Below, piece by piece: positions 11,455-23,443 of a stretch of 64,000 bases of DNA. The notes beneath the pieces are model-generated. The model was not told the origin of the DNA. It did not search any database and saw only the letters and a list, made by a program, of their open reading frames with translations. A program made the translations under genes and the position numbers. The first letter of the stretch is position 1; every line of letters begins with the position of its first letter. Source of the DNA: Mobula hypostoma (Eukaryota); the NCBI RefSeq assembly GCF_963921235.1, contig NC_086097.1, positions 23,996,001-24,060,000 on the forward strand, in the 5' to 3' direction.

Positions 11455-12710
11455 AATACAACTACTATATACACATCTACCAGCATAGCAAATTTTAAAT
11501 TGTCTGATTCAGGCCTAAAGATTTAATCTTTGTGGAGGACTTTTTATGTTTGTGAGATAATGTCTATCCTAACAAAAGGAGGGGTGCAAGAGTGTCACTC
11601 TGCTTGACAGGTGAAATTTGTGGCTGTGAATCTGGGACCTCCATCGTAGTTGTAGTAGATGATTCTGGGACCACAGGAAGTGGTGCTGACAGAGCTTGGC
11701 ACTCTCCTTCTCCAATAATTGACTCAACTCTCCTCAACTGATCGATATGACATCTCCAGATGACATCCGACTGCATAGGAGAGTAGTCTATTTCTGCGCT
11801 TGATTTTGCCAAGTACCCACTTTTAATCACCTCTGCTGTTCCTCACCGGGACTGCTTGTCCAGGAGTGGAACATCAAACCTCCTTGAATGAGGAGCCCTC
11901 ATTTCATCTCAGCTGTTTATCCTACATATTCCTCCTAGGATTGGGTTTGAGGAGATCCAAGCATAGCTGGTGGTTTGTTAGTTGTGGAGTGTACTGCATT
12001 GGGATATACAAGGAGGAAATTGGTGAGCTTCTGATCCAGTGTCAGTGTAGTGTGTTCTGCTGGCATTGCTCGCAATGTGTTCTTTAGACTTTGGACGAAT
12101 TTTTCCACCAATCCATTTGTAGCTGGGTGATATGGTGCAGAAGAAATGTGCCTTACTCCACAAATTTTCAGGAATGATTGAAACTGTTCCACAACACATC
12201 TGTAATCTGTTGTCACTGACTAAAGTGTTCAGGAACACCAGCCCTTGAGAAGAGACTCCTCAACATATCAATAGCATGCAAGTCTGTAGCAGGAACTATT
12301 GGCAGCACTCCTGGCCACTTTGTAGCTGCATCTACCACTACCAAAAAATTTGTGCCCATGAACGTTCCGGCAAAATTCTACCTGAATACTCTGCCAGGGC
12401 ACTGCAGGCCATTCCCAAGATGGCGAGGCACTGCCCTTGGCATCTTCTGGACCTGTTGGCAAACAGAGCCATGCGCGAAAATCTGTTCGATCTGCTGATC
12501 TATCCCAGGCCACCAGATAAAGCTTTGAGCAAATGCTTTCATTTTGACCATGCCTAGATGACTGGCATGTCACGCCTTCAGCACTTTAGCTCTCAGCTTG
12601 GTTGGTACAGTAACTCTCAATTGACAAATAAGGCAACCCCCATCAAGGGAAAGTTCATTCCAGCGCTGGTAAAAATAGGGAAACTGGGATTTCTGCTGCA
12701 CATTTCAAGT
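11455..12710 (-). pseudogene. Gypsy/Ty3 LTR retrotransposon pol remnant (integrase)
   Basis: CGVRHISSAPYHPATNGLVEKFVQSLK (rve core), WEWPAVPWQSIQVEF, and an upstream HLGMVKMK..WWPGID zinc-binding region readable across frameshifts. Confidence 0.9.
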
Positions 12711-12804
12711 AGGTTGAAGTAGGTCACTTGGTCCCTCAGGCCAGCCCCTGCATGCACTATGATCTCAGTCGAGTCATTCCAGCTCGCAATTCCTCTGTAA
12801 ATTC

Positions 12805-14090
12805 TGATTGGTTTATTACTGTTCCATGTACTGAGTTACAGGGAAAAGCTAGTCTTGCATACTGTTCATAGAATCAGTTTTATAAAGATAAAGATTCATT
12901 ACAACATTGCATTGAGATAGTACAAAGTAACACAATAACAGAGTGCAGACTAACACACACAAAATGCTGGAGGAACTCAGCAGGCCAGGCAGCATCTATG
13001 GAAAAAAGTACAGTCGATGTTTTGTGTGTGTTGCTCAGATTTCCAGCATCTGTAGATTTTCTCTTGATTGGACAGAGTGCAGAATAATGTATTACAGATA
13101 ATGTGCAGTGCAGGTAGACAATAATGGGAAAGGTCACAATAAGATCAACTGTGAAGTCAAGTTTTGTACCAGGGAACCATTCAATTGTCTCATAACAGTG
13201 AGGTAGAAGCTGTCCTTGAAGTTGGTGGATCATACTTTCAGACATTTGTGTCTTCTGCCCAATGGGAGAAGAGCAAATGTTCAAAGCGGCTGGGGTCTTT
13301 GATTATGCTGGCTGCCTTACCGAGGCAGTGAGAGGTATAGACAGTTATGGACTGGCTTCCATGATGTGGTGAGCCTTGTCCACAACTCTGCAGTTTCTGG
13401 TGGTCATGGGCAGAGCAGTTGCTGTACCAAGCTATGATACATCTAGATAGGATGCTTTTTTATGGTGCATCGTTAAAAATTGGTGCAGATCAAAGGGAAC
13501 ATGCCAAAGTTCTTTAGTCTTCTGATAAAGTGGAGGCACTGGTAAGCTTTCTTTGCTATGGTGTGAATGCAATTGGACCTGGGCAATCTATTGGTGATGA
13601 TTACTCCAAGGATCTTGAAGCCCCCAGCCCTTTCAACCTCAGCATCTTTGATGTAAATAGAAGCATGTGCACCACCTCCCTTCCTGAAGCCAATGACCAG
13701 CTCTTTGTTTCTCTGATACTGGGGGAAAGGTTGTTGGTATGACACCATGTCACAAAGCTCTCGACCTCCTTCCTGTACTCCAACTCATTATTACGGCCCA
13801 CTATGATGGTATCATCTGCAAACTTGTGGATGGAGTTAGGTCAGAATCCGGCCACACAGTCTTGAGTGCATAGGGAATAAAGTAGGATGCAGCTTTGTGG
13901 GGCAGCAATCTTTAGAATAATCATGACAGAGATGTTGCTGCCTCTGCTTACTGATTACGGTCTGTTGGTCAGGAAGTCAAGGTTCCAGGTACAGAAGGAA
14001 ATGTTGAGTCCCATTTCCAGGAGTTTGGAGGTGGGTTTGCTTGGAATTATAGTTTTGAAGGTCAAGTTGTAATTAATAAACAATCATCTA
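12805..14090 (-). mobile_element. Rex1/Babar-like LINE, decayed 3' part
   Basis: ORFs 13601..13801 and 13473..13748 (YRKEVESFVTWCHTNNL, KELVIGFRK, FKILGVII, KKAYQCLHFIRRLK). Confidence 0.8.
12950..13071. mobile_element. Fold-back Penelope pLTR mini-element, 12-bp TSD
   Basis: Minus arm then plus-strand tail; ACAGAGTGCAGA at 12938-12949 and 13072-13083. Confidence 0.8.
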
Positions 14091-15139
14091 TGTTCAGCCT
14101 TGACCATGAAAATATTTGCACTCAAATATAGAAATGTACAGCACAGGAACAAGTGCCTCGGCCCACAAAGTTGTGCCAGACTACTGCTAAGTACATTGGT
14201 GGCCTTCATCGCTTTAGCTTCTGTGGTAATTTGAAAAGTTAGTGCCGATAGGTAAATTTGAACTTATAGGCAACTCCCTGATGTTGAAATGTATGAAAGG
14301 TGACTTAATAAAGGTGTATATGATTAAAGGAGTTAAGAGATGGCTTAATAAAGGTGCTTAAGATGAAAAGAGGCATAGATAGAATGGATAGCCATAATTC
14401 TTTTCCCAGACCAGCAAATACAATGACTTTGAACTTCAAGAATGCATCCTTTTAAGGTGAGTGGAAGAAAGTTGGTATTAATTTATTTAGGGATACAGCA
14501 CGGTAACAGGCCCCTGATGCTCAGTGAGCCTGCGCTGCCCAGTTACACCCATGGGACCAATTAACTTACCAACACATACATCTTTGGAATATGAGAGGAA
14601 ATTCACAAGGTCATGTACACTCTCCCTGTACACTTCATACAGAGAGCAGCAGAATTGTACCCAGGTCACTGGTGCTGAAATCACATTACACGAACTGCTG
14701 TGGGAGGTATCAAAGGTAGGTTTCTTACACAGAGAGTGGCAGGTGCATGGACTGCACTGTCAGGGATGGTGGTAGAGGCAGATACATTATGGACACTTAG
14801 ATGAAAGAAAACTGGAGGGCTATGTAAAAAGGAAGGGTTAGATTGATCTTAAAGTAGATTAAAAGGTCTTTACAAAATCAGAACATGGAGTAGGTCAAAA
14901 GGATGGCCCAGCATTGCGGGCTGAAAGGCCTACACTGTGCTCCTCTGCTCTATATTCCATCATACAGAGGTAAAATGGTAAATTGAGATTACAGGTTTGA
15001 AAGTTCTCATTCGTGCTGAAGATCCAGTATACTAAAAGCAAATTTGTGTCAAATTGCATTCACGATCACATGACAAATTAACAAGTTGTGTACCTGGTTT
15101 CTCAGGGATGTTTTCATGGAAGTCAGTGGAATTGAATTT

Positions 15140-15730
15140 CAAAGGTTGAAAGCATTGGTCAGACCACACTTGAAGTATTATGAGAAGTTTTGGCCTCCTA
15201 ATCTAAGAAAGGAAGTGATGACATTGGAGAGGTTTCAGATGAGGTTCACGAGGAAGGTTCCAGGAATGAAAAAGTTAATGTGTGAGGAATGTTTGATAGC
15301 TCTAGTCTTGTACTCGCTTGAGTTTTGAAGAAGGCAAATTTCATTGAAACCTATTGAATATTGAAAGGCCGAGAAAGCGTGGATGTGGAGAGGGTGTTTC
15401 CTATATTAGGGGGAGACTGGTATCAGAGGGTACAGTCTCATACTAGGAGGATGACCCTCTTGAATGGAAATGAGGAGGGATTTCCAAGACAAAGGATAGC
15501 AAGTCCGTGGAACTCATTGCCACAGACAGCTATGGAGGCCAAGAAATTGGATATATTTAAAGCGGAGGTTGATAGGTTCTTGATTAGTTTCGGTGTCAAA
15601 GGTGATGGGGAGAAAGCAGGAGAGTGGGGTTGAGGGGGATAATAAATCAGCCATGATAGAATGGCAGAGCAGACATGATGAGCTGAATGGTCAGTTTCTG
15701 TTCCTCTGTCTTATGATGTCATGGTCTCAG
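15140..15730 (+). mobile_element. CR1 3' fragment
   Basis: ORFs 15086..15328 and 15361..15633 (ALVRPHLKY, PWNSLPQ..FKAEVDRFL). Confidence 0.85.
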
Positions 15731-16569
15731 TGCAGTACAGCATGGATATGCTGCTGTATCATATATGACCAAAGACCAAGTTCTACTCAAGAGTCTTCCA
15801 AAATTACTCATTTGATAGGCAATACTTTCTAACATTCTGGAGAGACATCATAGGGACTACTAGAAAATGCCAGTCTCTATTTTCAATTCTCACAAACAAA
15901 CAGCACTCCTAACTAGTCAGATCTGTCATAACAATTTATAAATTCAGCAGATTGCTGTCGTGTTTACATTCATGTTGCAAGCGAGTGAGGTGCTAGCAAA
16001 TCAAACAGAGTTATCCTGGCAATGCTCTTTATTGAATCCACACTCACCCAGGGACCGAAACAACTCTGAAGTGTATGTTGGGAATGTCCTTGAGTAGGAA
16101 AGCAATTGTTGCCGTGGGAATCCAGTGTTAAAACTACTGTTGTTTGATCTCTTGACGGAAAGATCTAATTTCCAAATGCTAGAACAAAGTCAATGAGTAG
16201 ACAGAGATGTAGAAAAAGTCAAGTTGGGGAAGGAGGGACACTAGAACCCAAAGAGAGTGAAGGACATGAAGAGCCACTGATTGGAAAAGAGAAGGAAGAA
16301 GCCTGGTTAAAGAGGAGGAAGTGGTGTCCCAAAAGAGAGATGTTGTTTAGATCAGTGTTGGCAAACCCCACCAAGATGCTGAGGGTCATCTTTATTCATC
16401 ACATACATTCACATGTACTGAGACTCTGCTATGGCATGTTGGCATGACATGCAACACAAAACAACAACGTTCAACAATTATAAGAATGAAGAGTTATCTG
16501 AAAAGAAACTTCAAGGTTAAACTTCAAATATGGAACAAAATGTGCATAAATACATTAATATCATCAAGT

Positions 16570-16860
16570 GCAACACACACAATTCTGGAGGAACTCAGCA
16601 GGTCAAGCAGCATCTATGGAAAAGAATAAACAGTCGACATTTTGTGCTGAGATCCTCTTTCAGGACTGAGAAGGAAAGGGGAAGTTGCCAGAGTGAAAAG
16701 GTGGATGGAGGGGTGGGGGGAAGGGAAGGAGGCTAGCTAGAAGGTGATAGGTGGAGCCAGGTGGGTGAGAAAGGTCAAGGGCTGGAGAAAAAGGAATCTG
16801 ATGGGAGAGGAGAGTGGACCAGGGGAGAATGGGAAGGAGGAGGGGACCTGGGGGTGGGGG
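16570..16860 (-). mobile_element. Penelope pLTR fragment with decayed hammerhead
   Basis: Starts GCAACACACAC; contains CAGTCGACATTTTG..TTTCAGGACTG and a purine-rich tract. Confidence 0.8.
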
Positions 16861-17874
16861 GGAATAATCATGTATTTACGCTGTAGGCAACATTGTAAAA
16901 TCGGTTTCAGGGGCTTACAGTGCAGGCCAGTGATGGGGGTAATTGATATGGGGGTGGGGTAGCTAGCCAGAATGTTTGATCAGATTAACTGTCTAGGGGA
17001 AGAAACTTTTAAGATGGCGTGAAGTTTTTGTTTTAATAGCCCTATAGCACTTTCCAGACGGGAGCTTTTGGAGGTGATTTTAAGGTGATTAAAGGAAAGT
17101 ATAAGATCAGAGGATTGTCAGAGCTGGGCCTTTTATGGAGAGAGTGGTGAGTACATGGAACACACTGCCAGGGGTGGTGGTAGAAGCAGATACATTCGGA
17201 ACTTTTAGCAAACTCTTAGAAACACATATGGATGATAGAAAAATGGAGGTCTATATGGGAGGGAAGGGATAGATTGATCTTCAAGTAGGTTAAATTATCG
17301 GCACAACATTGTGGGCTGAAAGGCCTGTATGGTACTGTACTGTCTATGCTCAATGAAAGACCTAGAAAGGATTGGAAACAGCCCAGTGACTGGCAAGACA
17401 GCAACATTGGGAGTTCCAGATTTAGTGTGCTGAGAAATTTAATGACTTGCAGATAAATTGGATTTTTTCAGCCTCCAGCTCTTGGCTCAAGGGTTGATAT
17501 TTTGCCTCTTCCTGATTGACTACAGACACATTGAGAATCCTACGTAAGTTCCATGTTGCAGTTTTGGAACCCAAAACCAATACTGACATGGAAAATGTGC
17601 AAACACTTGTTAGGATTGAAATAACTTACGCAACAAGCAGCCAGAATAACCAAGTAACAAGTTTGTCATACTTCTGGCAAATTTTGGAACTTTCTCTTAT
17701 GTAAGCTGCACATTAGGAAGGATATGGTTATCCAGAGAAAGTGGAGAAGATTTTACTCTAATTAGACGGCCTTAGTTATGGACAGAGGAAAGATTGGCTA
17801 GAGTTATTTTCACTTGAGTGAAGGATGCTGAAGGGAGACCTCAGAGATGTCTGCGTGATTTAGTGAGGTATAGG

Positions 17875-18190
17875 AGATCATGGTAACATCATGGTTGACC
17901 CAATGCCTGCGATCACTGCTTCAGGTTTGATTCTCACTGATGTCTGTAAGGAGTTTGTACGCTCCCCCCGTGACCATGTGGGTTTCCACTGGGTGCTCTG
18001 ATTTCCTCCCACATCCCAAAGATGTACAGTCAGGGTTCATGGGTTTGGGCATGCCATGCTGGTGCCAAAAGCATGGCGAAACTTGCGGGCTGCCCGCAGT
18101 ACATCCTTGGATTGTGTTGGTCATAGACACAAACAATGCATTTCACTTTATGTTTCAATGTGCATGCGACAAATAAAGCTAATCTTTTAT
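17875..18190 (+). mobile_element. V-domain (HE1-like) SINE
   Basis: GTGACCATGTGGGTTTCCACTGGGTGCTCTGATTTCCTCCCACATCCCAAAGA matches the V-SINE central domain; related copies at ~22200-22430, 25620-25800, 33760-34030 (minus) and 36470-36630. Confidence 0.7.
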
Positions 18191-18408
18191 TTTTTAAGAT
18201 AAGGTAGACCGATAAGGAAAGGCAAGCCATTTTTACCTGTGCTGAAGTAATGAAAGATTCATATTAGCTCAATTATTAGAACATTGACAGAAAACATTTC
18301 AGCACAGTACAGGCCCTTTGGCCCACGATGTTGTGCCAGCTTTTTAACCTATCCTAAGATCAATCTAACCATTCCCTCCTACATGACCCTTCATTTGACC
18401 CTACATGA

Positions 18409-18795
18409 TGGAGAATGAGAGGTGACCTGATAGAGGTGTATAAGATAATGAGAGGCGTTGATCGTGTGGATAGTCAGAGGCTTTTTCCCAGGGCTAAAAT
18501 AGCTAGCATGAGAGGGCACAGTTTTAAGGTGCTTGGAAGTAGGTACAGACGAGATGTCAGGGGAAAGTTTTTTACGCAGAGAGTGGTGAGTGCATGGAAT
18601 GGGCTGTCAATAAAAGTGGTGCAGGCGGATACGATAGGGTCTTTTAAGAGACTCCTGGATAGGTACATGGAGCTTAGAAAAATAGAGGGCTATGGGTAAC
18701 CCTAGGTAATTTCTAAGGTAAGGACATGTTCGGCTCAGCTTTGTGGGCCGAAGGGGCTGTATTGTGCTCTAGGCTTTCCATGTTTCTATGTTTCT
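18409..18795 (+). mobile_element. Young CR1 subfamily 3' fragment inserted in an older minus-strand CR1
   Basis: Open ORF 18415..18699 (MRGDLIEVYKIMRG..FFTQRVVSAWNGL); (TTTCTATG)n tail; highly similar to 56709-57181 and 30447-30673. Confidence 0.9.
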
Positions 18796-21194
18796 ATTTT
18801 CCTTTTACCCATGAGCCTATCTAAATATTTTCGCTTTACTGTTCCTAGTGCATCTCCCTCTACCACCACCCCTGACAGGGTTCTCCATGGACTTACCATT
18901 CTCTGCATAAAGAACTTATCTCTGACATCCTCCATCCCCTAAATATGGCTCACTTTATAATGATGCCCCCTCATATTATCCATTACCGCCCTAGCAAAAA
19001 GTCTCTGGATAACCAATTGATCAATGCCTCTTGTCACCTTGTAAACGTCTCAAAGAGAAAAGCACTGGCTCACTCAACCTATCTTTATAAGTCATGCTCT
19101 CTAGTCCAGGCAGCATCCTAGTAAATCGCCTCTGCACCCTCTCTAAAGCTTCCACATCATTCCGATAATGAGGTGGCCAGAACTGAACACAATATTTCAA
19201 GTGTGCTCTAACCAGGGTTTTATAGAGCTGCAACATTACCTCTCGGCTCTTGAATTCAATCCCCCAACTAATGAAGTCCAAAAGAAGGAAAGCAGAATTG
19301 AATTGGATTCCATTATTCATGTTGATGAGGTTCGAACAGCTTTTGATCCTGACAAGTCGGGCTTAGAACAATTTAAGTAATTACTTGACCTGTAAAGTCA
19401 TCCTGACCTCATCATACGTTGATCTTTTGAGACAATGTATTAAGTTCCTGAAGTTTCCCTATTGATTCTGGATTATCATTGCTTCCCACATTCCAACAAT
19501 TACTTGTGGCAGTAGGTAGCCATGACAATAATAACCCATTACCAAGGGAACAAGCAAAGTCTGTTGGAACTGAAGGGAGTTTGCAGTATGATAATAATTT
19601 CATTGCTCATTTCAGAATTAATTGAAATTGAAACAATATTCAAAATGAAGAAGAAGAGACCTTTTATATTTAGTGTCATGTGGCAAATTTGCCAGTGCAG
19701 CTTGTCAAATGTTACCCTTTGCTATACCTAGGAAAGTAAATATTTAAATAACTATATGATTATAAGTTTAATATTTAATAATTTACTGAAAATCTTTGGT
19801 TTATTGTGAATCTCATACCTCTACAATAACCCTGTCAAATTTCATCTTGTCAAGGCCCCTCCAGCTCCAGCAATCTATTTAACGTGTCCCTGCCAGTGTA
19901 AGAATTCAGATCTAGTCCTGGAGTTGATCCTTTCTACTGTGTTCATTGAGCTGAGCCAAAAGGAAAATGGAGGGTTATGGGCTGTGTAGGGAGAAAGGTT
20001 GGGTTTATTGTAGAGTAGACAAAATGTCTCAGCCCAAAACGTCAACTGAGAACTCTTTTCCACAGATGCTGCCTGGCCTAATGAGTTCCTCCAGCATTTT
20101 GTGCGTGTTACCAAACAGGACATATTGTCTCTCATCAGAGAAGAAGCATAGGATTCAAGATTCAATATTATTTGTTATTTATCAGTGCACAAATGTAAAG
20201 GAGAATGAAGTGATTGTTACTCCAGATGTGTTGCGGCATAAAGAAACATAATAAACATAAAGAACACAATAAAAACTCGATAATTATAAATACAGAAGTT
20301 TATCTTATCTGCTGTACATAGACTAATTGAACATATGTAAAAAGACGCTTGGTGCAGGAGTATCTGCACATAGGGAACTCTGACAGGAAATGATAATGTG
20401 GTAGTGGTGGGGTGGGTTAATGTGTTTTGATCAGCTTGATGGCGCACGCAACATCTTAGGAACGGATTCTTCTGCTCCATCAGTGATAATAAACCTGATT
20501 CTGATTCTAGTCAAAAGCTTTCTAAGATTATGGGGTTACAAATTCAAGAATTGAAGAGAAGTGTTTTCTGATAGAGGGTTGTGAGTCTTTGGAGATCTTT
20601 TGATCAGGGCAATGGAAGAATATTTCTATGACAGAGATAGATACTAGATAAGCAAGTTACTGTTACTGGTATTGGTTGGTTATGATCATATGTACCAAGA
20701 TACAGTGAAAAGCTCATCTTGTATACTGTTCATACAGATCAAATCATTACACAATGAAATGAAGCAGAATAAGGTAAAGTAATAACAATGCGGAATAAAG
20801 TCTAAAAGCTACCAAAAGAGTGCAGTGCAGGTAGCACTGAAGTGCAAGATCATAATGAGGTAGATTGTAAGGTAAGGAGTCCATCTTATCATTCAACAGT
20901 TTGATAACAGTGGGGTAGAAACTGTCCATGAGCCTGGTGGTATGTGCTTTCAGGCTTTTATATCTTCTGCCTAATGGGGGAGGGGGTGAGAGAGAATGTC
21001 CAGGGTGGGCAGGGGTTTCTGATCATTTTGGTTGATTTACTGAGGCAGCAAGAAATATTCAGGGGAGGCTGATTCCTGTGATGTGCTGAGCTGTGTCCCT
21101 AACTCTTTGCCGTTTCTTGTGTTCACACACAGAATGGTTGCTGTACCAAGCTGTTATGCACCCAAAGAAGATGCTTTCTCTGGTAGAGTCATGA

Positions 21195-21514
21195 TTAAAG
21201 GCATCCGTTAGTCTTGCGAGACCATGGATCTGCGCCTGGAAAGTCTTCACTCTCCAGGGCACAGGCCTGGGCAAGGTTGTATGGAAGACCGGCAGTTGCC
21301 CATGCTGCAAGTCTCCCCTCTCCACGACACCGATGTTGTCCAAGGGAAGGGCATTAGGACCCATACAGCTTGGCACCAGTGTCGTTGCAGAGCACTGTGT
21401 GATTAAGTGTCTTGCTCAAGGACACAACACGCTGCCTCGGCTGGGGCTCGAACTCACGACCTTCAGATCGCAAGTCGAATGCCTTAACCACTTGGCCACG
21501 TACCCACACAAAAA
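21195..21514 (-). mobile_element. tRNA-derived SINE (family B) with RTE-like body/tail, 12-bp TSD
   Basis: Same head as 7456-7769 (A box TGGCCAAGTGG, B box GAGTTCGAGCC); different body ending CCATGGTCTCGCAAGACTAACGGATGCC; GTAGAGTCATGA at 21183-21194 and 21515-21526. Confidence 0.85.
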
Positions 21515-21769
21515 GTAGAGTCATGAAATCAGAGATAAATAGCGCAAAAACAGGCTATTCTGCATGCTGAGTCTGGCCAACCCATCTGAACTTTTTCTAC
21601 ATAATCCCACTTTCTCTCTCCATCTTCTTATCATTTCCATCCCCCTCCCCAACCCATATTTGGCCACTCTCCTCTGCACCAGGGGCAATTTAACAACAGC
21701 CAGTTAATGTCCATTTAGAGTAGGTAGTTGGTATCTTATTTTACCCATGGTTGAAATGTCTAACACTAG

Positions 21770-22165
21770 AGGGGAGAATGAGGGGAGATCTCATTGAAAC
21801 CTATCGAATATTGGAAGTCCTAGAGAGAGTAGATGTGGAGCAGATGCTTCCTAAAATGGAGGAGTCTAGGATCAGAGTGCACAGCTGCAGAATAGAAGGA
21901 TGTCCCTTTAGGATAAGGAGGAATTTCTCCAGCCGAAGGGTAGTGAATCTGTGAAATTCATTGTCACATATGGCTGTGGAGACCAAACCATTGGGTATCT
22001 TAAAGCCGAAGTTGAGAGGTTTTTGATTAATTAGGGCATCAAAGGTTATGGGGCGAAGACAGCAGAATCGGGTTGAGGGATAATAAATCAGCTATGATGG
22101 AATGGAGGAGCAGACTCATTAGGCTGAACGGTCTATTCTGTCCTAGATTATATGGTTTTATGGTC
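21770..22165 (+). mobile_element. CR1 3' fragment
   Basis: RMRGDLIETYRIL..RRNFSSRRVVNL; decayed CR1 tail. Confidence 0.85.
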
Positions 22166-22506
22166 TGATCAGGTGTACATAGAAACTTCTAAACGCACTG
22201 TGAAATTTGCCATCTGTGTCAACGGCCAACACAGTCCGAGGATGTGCTGGAGGCAGCCCGCAAATGTCACCATGTATCCGATGCCTTTGGAATGCTGGAG
22301 GAAACCAGAAAACTAGACCATCCAGAGGAAAGTCATGCGGTCACGTGGAGAAGATACAAACTCCTTACAGACAGCCGAGAGAAATGAATCTCAGTTGCTG
22401 GAGCTGTAAATCGTTACACTAACCACCATGCCATGGTGGCACCACAAGTTAATTCCTGATTTTAATTGCTCTACCGTCAGCAACCATGCAGAGGTCCTAT
22501 TGGTTG

Positions 22507-23345
22507 TGTTACATACCCCGTAACTGGGTTGCCAAACCAGCAGAAATGGACCACTTAGTTGGAGTCTGGTTTAACAGTACTAATAAAGTTTTATTAAAGA
22601 AATAAGTAACACAGTACTCTAATCATAAGGATATAAATGCAACAGGTTAGCAATGATAGAACACAGATGTACACAGAAATAGGGTAATAGGAATCAAACA
22701 AGCTCTATCGCAGTCTAGGGGTAAAATGATCAGTCTCAAGTGACACAGAGTTCAGTTCAGCTTAGTACAGTTTGCAGTAATTGCTGTTGTGCCATTGGAG
22801 AGAGAGAGAGAGAGATAGATATGCAAATCTGATTCAGACAGACCTTTGAGGTTCTTCGCAGTTAGCTTTCGGGCGAACCCTTTTAATGTCTTCTGTGGTC
22901 ACCGACTGTGACCCCCTCCGTTCTGGATACGACCGTTCTTCCGCGGTGAACCCGGCATCCAGGCAAGGGCAGACACACACAACAGGTTCCCACTGATCGT
23001 ACCCTTTTCACCCTGTGCGTCTATGGTCGGTTCCTGCGACCAGACCTCCAACTCCTACCAACTTGTGGGGGCACACCGCTCTTCCAGGGTCTCGTTATCT
23101 CGTGATCTCGTGGTGTGTGTTGTGACTTAGCGAACCTGTTCTTTTTATCCCCCCTGCTGGGGTATCGCCTGTCCATCAAACTTCAAACAGTTTGGGTTCA
23201 AAGCAACCAGTCTGTCAATATACTGAAGTGTGTTTCTTTCTCGTTAATCTCTCTCCTCTCTCATTAACATTTTGAACGCTTCTCCATTGTCTCCCTTATC
23301 TCTCTCATCAGTATCAATCTTCTGATAACTTGGTTTGTCGTCACA
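22507..23345. mobile_element. Solo LTR (839 bp), 4-bp TSD
   Basis: TGTTAC...GTCACA termini; GTTG at 22503-22506 and 23346-23349; CpGs retained; no ORF. Confidence 0.85.
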
Positions 23346-23348
23346 GTT

Positions 23349-23443
23349 GTAACACACACAAAATGCTGGAGGAACTCAGCAGGTCAGGCAGCATCTATGG
23401 AGATGAAGAAACAGTCGATGTTTCAGGTTGAGACCCTTCATCA
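23349..23443 (-). mobile_element. 95-bp Penelope pLTR-derived mini-insertion, 12-bp TSD split by the LTR
   Basis: GTAACACACACAAAATGCTGG...CCCTTCATCA; GTCCTATTGGTT at 22494-22505 and 23444-23455. Confidence 0.8.

Noticed and set aside
21435..21510. tRNA gene (also ~7695-7767 and ~53153-53225)
   Set aside because: A/B boxes are present but there is no proper acceptor stem; these are SINE heads continuous with SINE bodies.
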